From Nitrospirota bacterium (GTDB lineage: Bacteria > Nitrospirota > UBA9217): 64,000 bases of DNA. Shown here piece after piece: positions 1 to 9,301 of the stretch (the stretch's first letter is position 1; every line of letters begins with the position of its first letter). The notes below the pieces were generated by a model, which ran no database searches, was not told the DNA's origin, and was given only the letters and a program-made list of their open reading frames with translations. The stretch lies in the NCBI GenBank assembly GCA_963845065.1, contig CAWJQQ010000003.1, positions 96,001 through 160,000 on the forward strand, in the 5' to 3' direction. Both the position numbers and the translations under genes were made by a program.

Positions 1-635
1 TTTACATCTTTAACGCCATCGCCAGTGTTATCAAAACGCGTCAGAAAGCGGGCGTGGTCGCGTTTTTCATTCTGGTGTGGGCCGCCCTCCAATGTTTCAC
101 CACCCTTATCTATGCGACCAACCGCGCCTGGGGCGCCGCGGTGTACAATTGGTGGCGGCTGCCGCTAAAAAGTCTGGCTCTGCTCGGAATCACGGCGGGT
201 GCGGTCCTCCTGGGCATGGCGGCTACGGTGCTGACGAAAATGGCGAAGTATTGGTTCTTTCCAATGTATGATTTACATTCCGGGGTCTATGTCCTGGTGA
301 GCTTTGTCATCCCCTTGTTAGTGGTGTTTCTCAGTCTGAGTCTGTTTTACAGGCTGGCTCCGCGAATGCCTACGCGGTTTGCCGAAGTCTGGGCCGCCGC
401 TTTGTGCGCGACGGTTCTATTGCAGGCGGCCGAAAATCTATTCGTAATCTACCTCAAGAACTTCGCCAAGTTAAACGCAGTCTATGGGGCGTTCGGCGGG
501 ATCATGGCATTGCTGTTGTGGATTTACCTTTCCGGGTGCATTTTCATCTTCGGCGCCTGCCTGTGCGCCGCTCAGGCCAAAGGTCGTTCAGCACCGGCAG
601 AAATAAATATGGCGCGCACAAAAGAGGAGAATTAA
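1..635 (+). CDS. YihY/virulence factor BrkB family membrane protein (5' partial)
   Basis: Frame open from the window edge; multi-TM protein with the YihY C-terminal motif '[25 protein letters not shown]'. Confidence 0.85.
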   Translation, partial: YIFNAIASVIKTRQKAGVVAFFILVWAALQCFTTLIYATNRAWGAAVYNWWRLPLKSLALLGITAGAVLLGMAATVLTKMAKYWFFPMYDLHSGVYVLVSFVIPLLVVFLSLSLFYRLAPRMPTRFAEVWAAALCATVLLQAAENLFVIYLKNFAKLNAVYGAFGGIMALLLWIYLSGCIFIFGACLCAAQAKGRSAPAEINMARTKEEN

Positions 636-638
636 AAT

Positions 639-1413
639 ATGGAGACAAAAACTCTTTCCCCCGAACTGCTCCGCAAGATGTGGACGCCTACTGGCGAGCC
701 GCCAACTATCTGTCGGTTGGCCAGATTTATCTTTACGACAATCCGCTACTGAAGCGGCCGCTGTCGCTCGCGGATGTGAAACACATGCTGCTGTGACACT
801 GGGGCACTACCCCGGGGCAAAATTTCATTTAGGTGCACTTGAATCGGGTCATCAAAAAATATGACGTCAACATGATTTACATCTCCGGTCCCGGGCACGG
901 CGGCCCGGCCGTCGTGGGCAATACTTATTTCGAGGGCACTTATAACGAGATCTATCCCGATGTCAGTCAGGATGAGGCCGGGTTACGGAATCTCTTTATC
1001 CAATTTTCGTTTCCTGGAGGAATTCCCAGTCATGCATCGCCGGAGTGTCCGGGCTCAATCCACGAGGGCGGTGAGCTTGGCTATTCGCTCAACCATTCAT
1101 TTGGAGCGGCCTTCGACAATCCCGATCTCATCGTCGCTTGCGTCGTAGGCGATGGTGAGGCAGAAACCGGACCGCTGGCCACCTCATGGCATTCGAACAA
1201 GTTCATTGATTCGGTAACCGACGGTGCAGTGCTGCCGATCCTGCATCTCAACGGCTACAAGATTTCCAACCCGACCTCCTCGCACGCATCACCCGCGAGG
1301 AATTGGAACAGTTGTTGCGTGGGTACGGGTGGACGCCATTCTTCGTCGAGGGGCACGAGCCTGGGCCGCTGCATGAAGCCATGGCTGCGACGCTCTACAC
1401 GGTGGTGGAACAA
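639..1413 (+). pseudogene. xfp: Phosphoketolase (XFP) pseudogene, N-terminal fragment
   Basis: Motifs [67 protein letters not shown]. Broken by a frameshift near 680, TGA 794-796, TAG 830-832 and a frameshift near 1275; similarity ends near 1413 (full XFP is about 800 aa). Confidence 0.9.
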
Positions 1414-2000
1414 TGCAACTCCTGTATGTATAGGTACCTTCATGCGATTATCAATATAATCAATCGCCTTGTATTGCGTTGTTTTTTTTGTTGTGTAGTT
1501 CCAACTATTTAGCTTCTTAAAGCTACCTCGTGAAAAGACAATACTCTCCCTGATCTTACAATAAAATTATCTAGGAGACAGACTTCGTAGACTGGAAATA
1601 TTTACTTGCCTATATCTCATGATCTGCGTATCAGGAATTGCTTCTTCATAATGAATAACTGGTGACAAAAAACAGTCTGGTAAAAATTTTAATAAAGGTT
1701 TAAATGCATTTATTAAAAGTTTTTTCGAGGCTATAGCCCCTACCTTGTTTGCCCTTGAACTCATTTCATGAAGGGGCTATACTCTCCTTGTCATTATTGC
1801 AAGACAGATCAGAAACTGCTTCTGCATATAGAAGACTTGGCGACGGGAAATTGCAAAAAACGGAATCAACTCAAATGCCGTCTCCAATTTGTCGTCGGCA
1901 AGCAACAGACATCGGTCGAGATATGCAGCGTCTGGTAAAAAGGCATGTCATCCAGTTCAATGTCGCATGTTGCTGAGGTTTTGACCAGGGGAGATGCCCT

Positions 2001-2927
2001 ATGGATAAAAAAATAAAAAATATCATTTTATTTCTTCTCGTGTTTATTTTCGTAGGTCTTTTGGCCTTTGTTTTATATAATTTCCAAAAGCCTCCTGTAC
2101 AATCAAGCAAACTTCAAGTGGCGGCAAGTTTTTATCCACTCTATTACTTTTCTCAGCAAATTGGGGGAGAAAAAGCAAATGTAATAAATATAACTCCTGC
2201 TGGAGCTGAGCCGCACGATTATGAGCCAACAGCACACGATATTGCTCAAATAGAACATAGTAAATTGCTTATATTAAATGGCGGGGGATTGGAAGCGTGG
2301 GGAGATAATATAAAACAAAACCTTAACTCCCAAGATACCGCTGTCGTAACAGTTGGAGAAGGATTAACAACTCGCCAAGTAACAGATACAGGGGAAAATT
2401 CAACCGATCCTCATATTTGGTTGAGTCCACCCTTAGCTGAGGAAATTGTGGATAAGATTACTCAAGGCTTTCTACAAGTTGACCCGGCAAATAAGGAATA
2501 TTATCTAACCAATGCAGCAATGCTAAAATCTGAATTGGCTAAATTGGATAAAGAATACAGACAAGGATTAAACAAGTGTTTGGAGAAAAATATCATTACC
2601 TCTCACGCCGCTTTCGGATATCTGGCTGCTTCTTATGGGCTCCATCAAGTGTCCATTGCCGGGTTATCGCCCGATGCGGAACCTTCTCCGCAGCAATTAG
2701 CCAATATAGTAAAATTTGTCGAAGCTAATGACATAAAATACATATTTTTTGAAAGTTTGGTAAGTCCAAGGTTATCAGATACGATAGCCCATGAAGTAGG
2801 TGCAAAAACTCTTGTGCTTAACCCAATAGAAGGTTTAAGCAACGAAGAGGCATCAAAAGGGAAAAATTATTTTACCGAGATGCAAAATAATTTGGCAAAT
2901 TTAAAAACGGCATTGCAATGCAAGTAG
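2001..2927 (+). CDS. znuA: Zn/Mn ABC transporter substrate-binding protein (ZnuA/AdcA-like)
   Basis: Cluster A-I motifs EPHDYEP, DPHIWLSP, TSHAAFGY, IFFE; N-terminal hydrophobic anchor. Confidence 0.9.
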   Translation: MDKKIKNIILFLLVFIFVGLLAFVLYNFQKPPVQSSKLQVAASFYPLYYFSQQIGGEKANVINITPAGAEPHDYEPTAHDIAQIEHSKLLILNGGGLEAWGDNIKQNLNSQDTAVVTVGEGLTTRQVTDTGENSTDPHIWLSPPLAEEIVDKITQGFLQVDPANKEYYLTNAAMLKSELAKLDKEYRQGLNKCLEKNIITSHAAFGYLAASYGLHQVSIAGLSPDAEPSPQQLANIVKFVEANDIKYIFFESLVSPRLSDTIAHEVGAKTLVLNPIEGLSNEEASKGKNYFTEMQNNLANLKTALQCK

Positions 2928-3694
2928 ATCATAAAAAAAACATCATAGAAGTCGAAAACATCGCTTTTGCTTATAACGACGAAGATGTTTTGGAGAATAT
3001 CACGCTTGATATCCACCAAGGCGACTATATTGGTATTGTCGGCCCCAATGGCGCTGGGAAAACCACGCTTTTGAAAATAATGCTTGGCTTGCTTCGTCCC
3101 AAAACGGGGTCGGTTAAATTATTTGAACAAGATATAAATAATTTCAGGGATTGGCGGAAAATCGGTTATGTCCCACAAAAAGCAACTCATTTTGACGACA
3201 ATTTCCCCGCCACCGTTTCAGAAGTAGTTTCAATGGGAATAAATACAAAAAGAAGACTGTTTAAGAAGGCGGAAACGGAGGATAAGAGGGCGGTGCAAAG
3301 TGCGCTTGAACAGGTTGATATGTGGGAATACAAAGACCGGCTTATCGGGGACCTGTCCGGCGGCCAACAGCAGCGCGTATTCATCGCCCGCGCGTTGGTC
3401 AATCAGCCGGAAGTTATTTTTTTGGACGAGCCGACGACCGGTGTCGATAAGCGAACTCAAGACGGATTTTATGAAATGCTCCAGAAACTCAATAAAGAAC
3501 TAGGAATAACCCTTGTACTTGTATCTCATGACATCGGTCGGCTGACGAAGGAAGTGATGCACATCGCTTGCGTGGACCGCAGCCTGACCTGCCACACTTC
3601 TCCGGAAGAATATCTCAAGGAAAGTCAGTCCACCGATATTATGGGCCAAAAGGTTAAAATAATTACTCATCATCATCATCACCACCACCATTAA
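2918..3694 (+). CDS. znuC: Metal ABC transporter ATP-binding protein with C-terminal His8 tail
   Basis: Walker A GPNGAGKT, signature LSGGQQQR, Walker B IFLDEPT, H-loop VSHD; ends in eight His. Confidence 0.92.
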   Translation: MQVDHKKNIIEVENIAFAYNDEDVLENITLDIHQGDYIGIVGPNGAGKTTLLKIMLGLLRPKTGSVKLFEQDINNFRDWRKIGYVPQKATHFDDNFPATVSEVVSMGINTKRRLFKKAETEDKRAVQSALEQVDMWEYKDRLIGDLSGGQQQRVFIARALVNQPEVIFLDEPTTGVDKRTQDGFYEMLQKLNKELGITLVLVSHDIGRLTKEVMHIACVDRSLTCHTSPEEYLKESQSTDIMGQKVKIITHHHHHHHH

Positions 3695-4497
3695 TGCTGA
3701 CAGCTATCTTCCAATATGGTTTTATGATAAGAGGTTTGGAGGCCGGCGTTATTGTTGCGCTGATCGCTCCGCTTATCGGTATTTTTCTTGTGCTGAGGCG
3801 GTATTCTCTTATCGCCGATACACTTGCCCATGTCTCTCTGGCCGGCATAGCGATCGGCTTGTTTTTTAGCATAAATCCGGTCCTGACCGCGCTTGGCACA
3901 GCAACCGTCGCTTCTCTGGGCATTGAGCGGTTGAGGAGTTCGAAAAAGGTATATGGAGAGTCAGCCTTGGCCCTTTTCCTTTCTGGCAGTCTGGCGCTCG
4001 CAGTCGTGATTTTAAGCTTGGCACACGGCTTTAATGCCAATTTATTTAATTATCTTTTCGGCAGCATCGTGACGGTGACTACGAATGATGTTTACATAAT
4101 TTCTCTTTTGGCCGTTGTCGTAGTCACTGTTCTGGCATTTTACTACAAAGAGCTTGTTTACATTACTTTCGATGAAGAAGCCGCCAAGGTAAGCGGTGTG
4201 CCTACGGGTTTAATCAATTCCATTCTTATTATCCTTGCCGCCCTGACTGTATCATTGGCCATACCTATCGTCGGAGTGCTCCTGATTGCCGCTTTAATCG
4301 TAATTCCGGTCATAACAGCACTTCAGTTTCGCAAGAGTTTTTTTAAAACAATCATATATGCCCAGATCATTTCTTTATTTTCCGTCGTTTCGGGAATTTT
4401 CACTTCCTTTATTCTCAATCTTTCCACAGGAGGAACGATCGTTTTAATAATGCTCGCCATTTTCATCATTATCTTATCAGTCAAACAAAAGATGTGA
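3694..4497 (+). CDS. znuB: Metal ABC transporter permease (ABC-3/ZnuB)
   Basis: Motifs 'LIADTLAHVSLAG', 'YLFGSI', 'TFDEEAAKVSG'; start overlaps the znuC stop (TAATG). Confidence 0.9.
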   Translation: MLTAIFQYGFMIRGLEAGVIVALIAPLIGIFLVLRRYSLIADTLAHVSLAGIAIGLFFSINPVLTALGTATVASLGIERLRSSKKVYGESALALFLSGSLALAVVILSLAHGFNANLFNYLFGSIVTVTTNDVYIISLLAVVVVTVLAFYYKELVYITFDEEAAKVSGVPTGLINSILIILAALTVSLAIPIVGVLLIAALIVIPVITALQFRKSFFKTIIYAQIISLFSVVSGIFTSFILNLSTGGTIVLIMLAIFIIILSVKQKM

Positions 4498-4643
4498 AGG
4501 TTTAGAGCTTATTTTAGCCATCTGGCAAAACTTTCGCACCCTAACGAACGACAGCCATAATCGTTACACCCAGAATATCTTGTCCTGATCCTTTCGTTCA
4601 CAGGAGAATTCTTATAACCGTTTCTAAAACCATAGTCATTTAT

Positions 4644-5900
4644 CTCAATGCGCCGTAAGACCCCGGCCGTGAGGCCGGGGATATAAGGCGCTTGTAGCGA
4701 AGCACACAAGGAATTGCTGTTCCTGATCAGACATTGACAGTTGTTCACCTTCCTGATATAATTACCACCATGATTGATCGAGCAAAAGAGCCCGATGTAC
4801 AAACCATGACTGTCGTTGGTAAAGCATTGGTAACGGACGACAGCACCGCTCTATCGCTCGGGTTGCTTGGTTTTTCCGCAACGAAGCTTTGGAACACCGC
4901 TGTGTGGCATACCAGGAACGTCTGGATGGCCACGGGGAAAATACTCACCTACCCCGAGCTTGATATCGCTCTTAAACAAGAGCATCCGCTCTGGTATCGC
5001 CGGCTGCACTCCCAGAGCTCTCAGGCAATCCTGGAAGAGCTTCGGCAGTCCTATCAATCATGGTTTGCACTCCGTAAGAAAGGCGATAGGAAATCCAATC
5101 CTCCTGGTTTCAGGCGAAAAGCCGATCTGTCAACGGTGACATTCAAACAAAGAGCCGTCACGTGGAATGAGCGTACCTCCACGGTGCGCCTCAGCATCCC
5201 GAAGGACATCTACGGAAAACAATTTCTCTTTCTGAAGCTCCGCCTTCCTAACGGCACACGTCTTACCGAGGACTATGTCCAGATAGGCCGTCTGGTACAT
5301 GATAAAGGCATGTGGTTTGTCCACCTGGTCTATACGATAACGCTCCCCGTATTGAAAGGAGAAGGGGAAACGATGGCACTTGACTTGGGTATGAAGTATC
5401 TGGCCGCCATGGCATGTACGGATGGAAGCACCTCCCTTTGGCCAGGTGGTGAGTTGGCCGCTCTCGAGCGGTACTTTGAAATGCAAAAGTCAAAGACGAC
5501 CAACAGCAAGTCCCGGAAATCACGTGCGTTGAACCAGAAACGGTCTCGTCAGCGTTCCCACCTGCTCCACAGCTTTATCAAATCCCTTGTCCGCGATGCA
5601 GAAGCTCGCGGTGTCTCCACGATCATCGTGGGGGACCTGAAGGACATCGGAGAAGGCAAAGATTGGGGAAAGAGCGGAAACCAGCAGTTCCATAAGTGGC
5701 CGTTTGACCGGATCGTCAGGATGCTCACGTACAAAGCCAGACTCAAAGGCATCCGCGTTGTAGAAGAAAAGGAACACTACACGAGCCAGACCTGCTGTGT
5801 ATGCAACACAAGGGATAAGGCCAGCCGTGTGCATCGTGGCCTCTACGTTTGCAAGCATTGCGGCGCCGTAATCCATGCTGACGTGAACGGAAGCCAATTG
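4644..5900 (+). mobile_element. IS200/IS605-family element, tnpB-only (IS1341-like), right end missing
   Basis: TTTAT at 4639-4643, then left end CTCAATGCGCCGTAAGA and perfect hairpin CCCCGGCC-GTGA-GGCCGGGG (4661-4680); tnpB follows; no tnpA and no right-end hairpin downstream. Right boundary approximate. Confidence 0.8.
4734..4762 (+). promoter_or_regulatory. Consensus sigma70 promoter for tnpB
   Basis: TTGACA (4734-4739), 17-nt spacer, TATAAT (4757-4762); ATG at 4770. Confidence 0.75.
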
Positions 5901-5981
5901 GATAGCCATAAAGGCTTACAGTCATGCATAAAGCTCAGTGCGTTTATGGTTCAGGTAAACTCTGCATACCAAAAGGCTTAA
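4770..5981 (+). CDS. tnpB: RNA-guided endonuclease TnpB (C-terminus probably replaced after ADVNG)
   Basis: RuvC-I ALDLG, RuvC-II region IIVGDL, KEHYTSQTCCVC and CKHC zinc finger, RuvC-III HADVNG. The usual 'AxNI' does not follow. The track's TTG start at 4734 is the -35 box, so ATG 4770 is preferred. Confidence 0.85.
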   Translation: MIDRAKEPDVQTMTVVGKALVTDDSTALSLGLLGFSATKLWNTAVWHTRNVWMATGKILTYPELDIALKQEHPLWYRRLHSQSSQAILEELRQSYQSWFALRKKGDRKSNPPGFRRKADLSTVTFKQRAVTWNERTSTVRLSIPKDIYGKQFLFLKLRLPNGTRLTEDYVQIGRLVHDKGMWFVHLVYTITLPVLKGEGETMALDLGMKYLAAMACTDGSTSLWPGGELAALERYFEMQKSKTTNSKSRKSRALNQKRSRQRSHLLHSFIKSLVRDAEARGVSTIIVGDLKDIGEGKDWGKSGNQQFHKWPFDRIVRMLTYKARLKGIRVVEEKEHYTSQTCCVCNTRDKASRVHRGLYVCKHCGAVIHADVNGSQLDSHKGLQSCIKLSAFMVQVNSAYQKA

Positions 5982-6111
5982 ATATCTTTAGGGGGATTAG
6001 CCGAATAAAACTGATGAGAAAGATTCGAAGCATTGTCCCAGATAATATAGCGCTTGCCCACACCTATCAACCATCAGAACCGCAGACCTTAGGAAATGGT
6101 CGGAGTATACA

Positions 6112-7827
6112 ATGATAAAAGGCAAGATGGAGGCACAAGGCATGAGGTTGCCCGTTTTCCAGGGGATCCTCCCCATCAAAAGATCCCAGGCGCTGACAGA
6201 TATTATAGCCGGTCTCACGCTGGCCGCCCTCGCCATTCCTGAGGTGATGGGCTACACAAAAATCTCCGGTACCCCGGTTATCACGGGCCTCTACACTATC
6301 CTTATCCCGATGACCCTTTTTGCGCTTTTTGGCTCCTCCCGACATCTAGTCGTCGGTGCCGACTCTGCTACAGCGGCCATTCTCTCAGGTGCACTCACTG
6401 GGATGGCCGCGTCCGGATCGGCTGAGTGGCTTGCACTGGCAGAAGTCCTCGCAGCCCTGTCGGCTGTTTTCCTGATCATCGCCCGGATCATTCGATTGGG
6501 GTTCCTTGCGGATTTTCTGTCGCGAACGGTGCTAGTAGGGTTCTTGTCAGGCGTAGGCGTCCAAGTCGCTCTCGGCGAGATCTCGAGTATGTTAGGACTT
6601 CCTGGAGGAGGGCATGGCCTAATCCATAAGATCATCAACGATCTACACCAAATCGAACAGATAAATTTCTACGCCCTAGGTATTTCCGTGGCTGTACTTG
6701 CTGTCATCATCGGATCAAAAAAGATTTCGAAAAAGATCCCTGGTGCACTGATAGCTGTGATGGCTGCCATCGTCGCCAGTTCAGGGCTCAATCTTGAAGC
6801 TCACGACGCACATGTGCTTGGCACGGTTCCGAGCGGCCTGCCAGTGATTGGTCTGCCGGACGTGCATTGGGATTACAGCCTCATCTTGAAGCTGCTTCCT
6901 ACCGCTTTCGCAATGTTTGTGGTGATCCTGGCCCAGAGCGCAGCGACATCCCGTGTCTATGCAACCCGCTACAGCGAGCGCTTTGACGAAAATGTGGATC
7001 TGGTAGGCCTGGGACTTGCCAATGTTGGGGCCGCGTTGAGCGGGACTTTTATTGTGAATGGAAGCCCGACCAAGACTCAGATGGTCGATAGTGCCGGCGG
7101 TCGCAGTCAGCTCGCGCAGATCACCACAAGCGTCATTGTCTTATTAGTGCTGCTGTTTCTGACAGGTCCGCTGGCCAGCATGCCGATTGCGGCCCTCTCT
7201 GCGGTGGTTTTCCTGATCGGTGTTGAATTGATCGATGTCAAAGGTATGCGAAAGATATGGGCACAACGCCCGCCGGAATTCTGGGTTGCGTTGATCACGG
7301 CTATCGCAGTAGTTTGTGTCGGCGTGGAGCAGGGAATTCTCCTTGCGATGGTATTGTCACTCATAGAGCACGTGCGACGAAGCTACCGATGTAAGAATGC
7401 AGTGCTCGCGCCTGACGAGACGGGTGGCTGGCGGGCATTACCGGTGAGCACTCCCGCACAAGTCCGGCCCGGTCTACTGGTATATCGCTTCAGTCACACT
7501 ATGTACTATGCGAACGCCGAACAGCTCTCGAGGGAGGTTGTCGAACTCGCAAACGGGGCACAACCCCCGCTGGTTTGGTTCTGTATCGATGCGTCGGCGA
7601 TTGCCGATGTAGACTTCACTGCGGCATCAAACCTGCGCGATATCCATGGCACCCTGGAGAAACTAGGGATTCGGATCGTTTTTTCTCAAATGATTGATCT
7701 CGTCAATACTGAGTTTGTGAGGTATGAGCTTACCGACCTGTTTGGGAAAGATGCCTTCTACGAGACCATCAATGCAGTAGTAAGCGCATATGACAAGAGA
7801 TCGTCTAGCAACGAAGACAGAAAATAA
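6112..7827 (+). CDS. SulP family inorganic anion transporter with STAS domain
   Basis: 'DIIAGLTLAALAIPEVMGY', 'GSSRHLVVGADSATAA', C-terminal STAS (YYANA...DASAIADVDFTA). Alternative start ATG 6142 after GGAGG. Confidence 0.9.
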   Translation: MIKGKMEAQGMRLPVFQGILPIKRSQALTDIIAGLTLAALAIPEVMGYTKISGTPVITGLYTILIPMTLFALFGSSRHLVVGADSATAAILSGALTGMAASGSAEWLALAEVLAALSAVFLIIARIIRLGFLADFLSRTVLVGFLSGVGVQVALGEISSMLGLPGGGHGLIHKIINDLHQIEQINFYALGISVAVLAVIIGSKKISKKIPGALIAVMAAIVASSGLNLEAHDAHVLGTVPSGLPVIGLPDVHWDYSLILKLLPTAFAMFVVILAQSAATSRVYATRYSERFDENVDLVGLGLANVGAALSGTFIVNGSPTKTQMVDSAGGRSQLAQITTSVIVLLVLLFLTGPLASMPIAALSAVVFLIGVELIDVKGMRKIWAQRPPEFWVALITAIAVVCVGVEQGILLAMVLSLIEHVRRSYRCKNAVLAPDETGGWRALPVSTPAQVRPGLLVYRFSHTMYYANAEQLSREVVELANGAQPPLVWFCIDASAIADVDFTAASNLRDIHGTLEKLGIRIVFSQMIDLVNTEFVRYELTDLFGKDAFYETINAVVSAYDKRSSSNEDRK

Positions 7828-8228
7828 GCGAGTTAGTCCGCTTATTAAAGAAAACAGGCTTTCCTAGATGTACAATTATGATATTCGATTTCATCTGTGG
7901 ACAGATCGAATAGTTGCTCATTTTGTTTTTGACTCCTCTGGGGGTAAAGTGGGATATACTTGGTGAAAAATGTTTTTCGAGAATCTCATCCAAAGCTATC
8001 TCGTGAAAGTTTTTCCAGTCCCGAGGGGGTCAGTTTAAACCTTGCGCTCTTTCTGCAAACCGCACGAACCGCATGGAAAAAGAGTGTTAATCAGGATTTT
8101 CATCGGATTTCAATGCAGCTTTATGCATCAGGCTACAAAAGGCAACGTACACTCTCATAAGGCCATAGAATTTTTGTTTTGACAGATCAGGAGTTACTCC
8201 GTAACAGTTTTTTGATACCACTTATCGG

Positions 8229-8630
8229 TTGTCTCCCAAGGAGCTATGCTATCTTATAATGCACCCTCACCACCCTCTGAAGCCGACCAAGAGCCAAGAC
8301 AATACTCCGCCAGATGTTCATCTTGACGGAGCGCCTCAGTTCGTATATTCGACTGCACTCAACTTGTATGTTGCAGTCGGAATTCCTTATGACCTTGTTT
8401 TTACGGGGAATGATTACTTCTACTATTCTGGTGGGCTTTGGTATAAGGGGCCATATTATAACGGCCCGTGGGTACTTGCTGACAGTAGGTCTTTCCCTTA
8501 GGTTTTACTCAGATAACGAATTGACCAACTCCGATTTTACGGTAATGAAGAGTTCAGACGATATAATCGAGATAGCGTGCACGAAACAGGTCAGGCTGTC
8601 CGACATGAACATGCTATAATTGATGTATGA
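8229..8630 (+). pseudogene. Remnant of a Tyr/Gly/Trp-rich hypothetical protein
   Basis: 'LYVAVGIPYDLVF...YFYYSGGLWYKGPYYNGPW' continues in frame past TAG 8499-8501 and TAA 8514-8516 into an Arg/Glu-rich tail; no clear 5' end. Confidence 0.5.
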
Positions 8631-8748
8631 AAGTGAACAACCAAAGTGCTATTTATACGGTTTTCATAATCTTGCGACATATATTATTCACTGACGTAAG
8701 GCAGTAAGGTTGAATTTTTTCTTACATTATCAGAAAAAAGGAGGACTT

Positions 8749-9195
8749 ATGATTTCAAAGATTCTCGTACCAGTTGACGGTTCAAAAGTGTCACATAAGG
8801 CGGCAAAATACGCTGTCGAGCTCGCGAAGCAAACAGGAGCATCTTTAGCGCTGGTCAGTGTCTTCGATATACGCTTTATTTTCGAGCAGGAGGTTTCAGC
8901 TTCCGCTTCGCCGACCCATTTAAAAGAGAATATTGAAGATTATCTGAAGCAGTCAGCGTATTCTTCCATTGACAAGATAGCAAAGGTCTGTGAACGAAAT
9001 CGCATTAAATACAAGACAGCAATAAGGAGAGGGCATCCGGTGGAAGAAATTGTCAACGAAGCAAGAAAAACAAAGGCTGATCTGATTGTTATGGGCTCAC
9101 ATGGCAAAAGTGCTCTTAAAGCGGTTATTCTCGGTAGCGTTGCATATGGCGTAATACACTTGGATACGAATATCCCTGTACTCATCGTGAGGTGA
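8749..9195 (+). CDS. Universal stress protein (UspA family)
   Basis: KILVPVDGS, GHPVEEIV, DLIVMGSHGKS...LGSVA, PVLIVR; RBS GGAGG before ATG 8749. Confidence 0.92.
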   Translation: MISKILVPVDGSKVSHKAAKYAVELAKQTGASLALVSVFDIRFIFEQEVSASASPTHLKENIEDYLKQSAYSSIDKIAKVCERNRIKYKTAIRRGHPVEEIVNEARKTKADLIVMGSHGKSALKAVILGSVAYGVIHLDTNIPVLIVR

Positions 9196-9301
9196 TAATC
9201 TATCGACCTGAGAAATGGGTCTTGTGATTTCATTAGGAGGGTTAAGGGGCGGGGTTATTTCCTAAGTTTTATCTCAATGCGCCGTAAGACCCCGGCCGTG
9301 A

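Noticed and set aside
794..796. In-frame TGA in phosphoketolase as selenocysteine
   Set aside because: It replaces the Gly of LLGHWG, and the gene also has a TAG, frameshifts and a truncation; ordinary decay.
1749..1976. ORF upstream of znuA as a Fur/Zur remnant (SAYRRL, HVIQFNVACC)
   Set aside because: Resemblance is faint and the HHH/CxxC motifs are absent; cannot be supported without a profile search.
4734..4769. TTG start for TnpB given by the ORF track
   Set aside because: The TTG is the -35 hexamer of a consensus promoter; ATG 4770 fits better.
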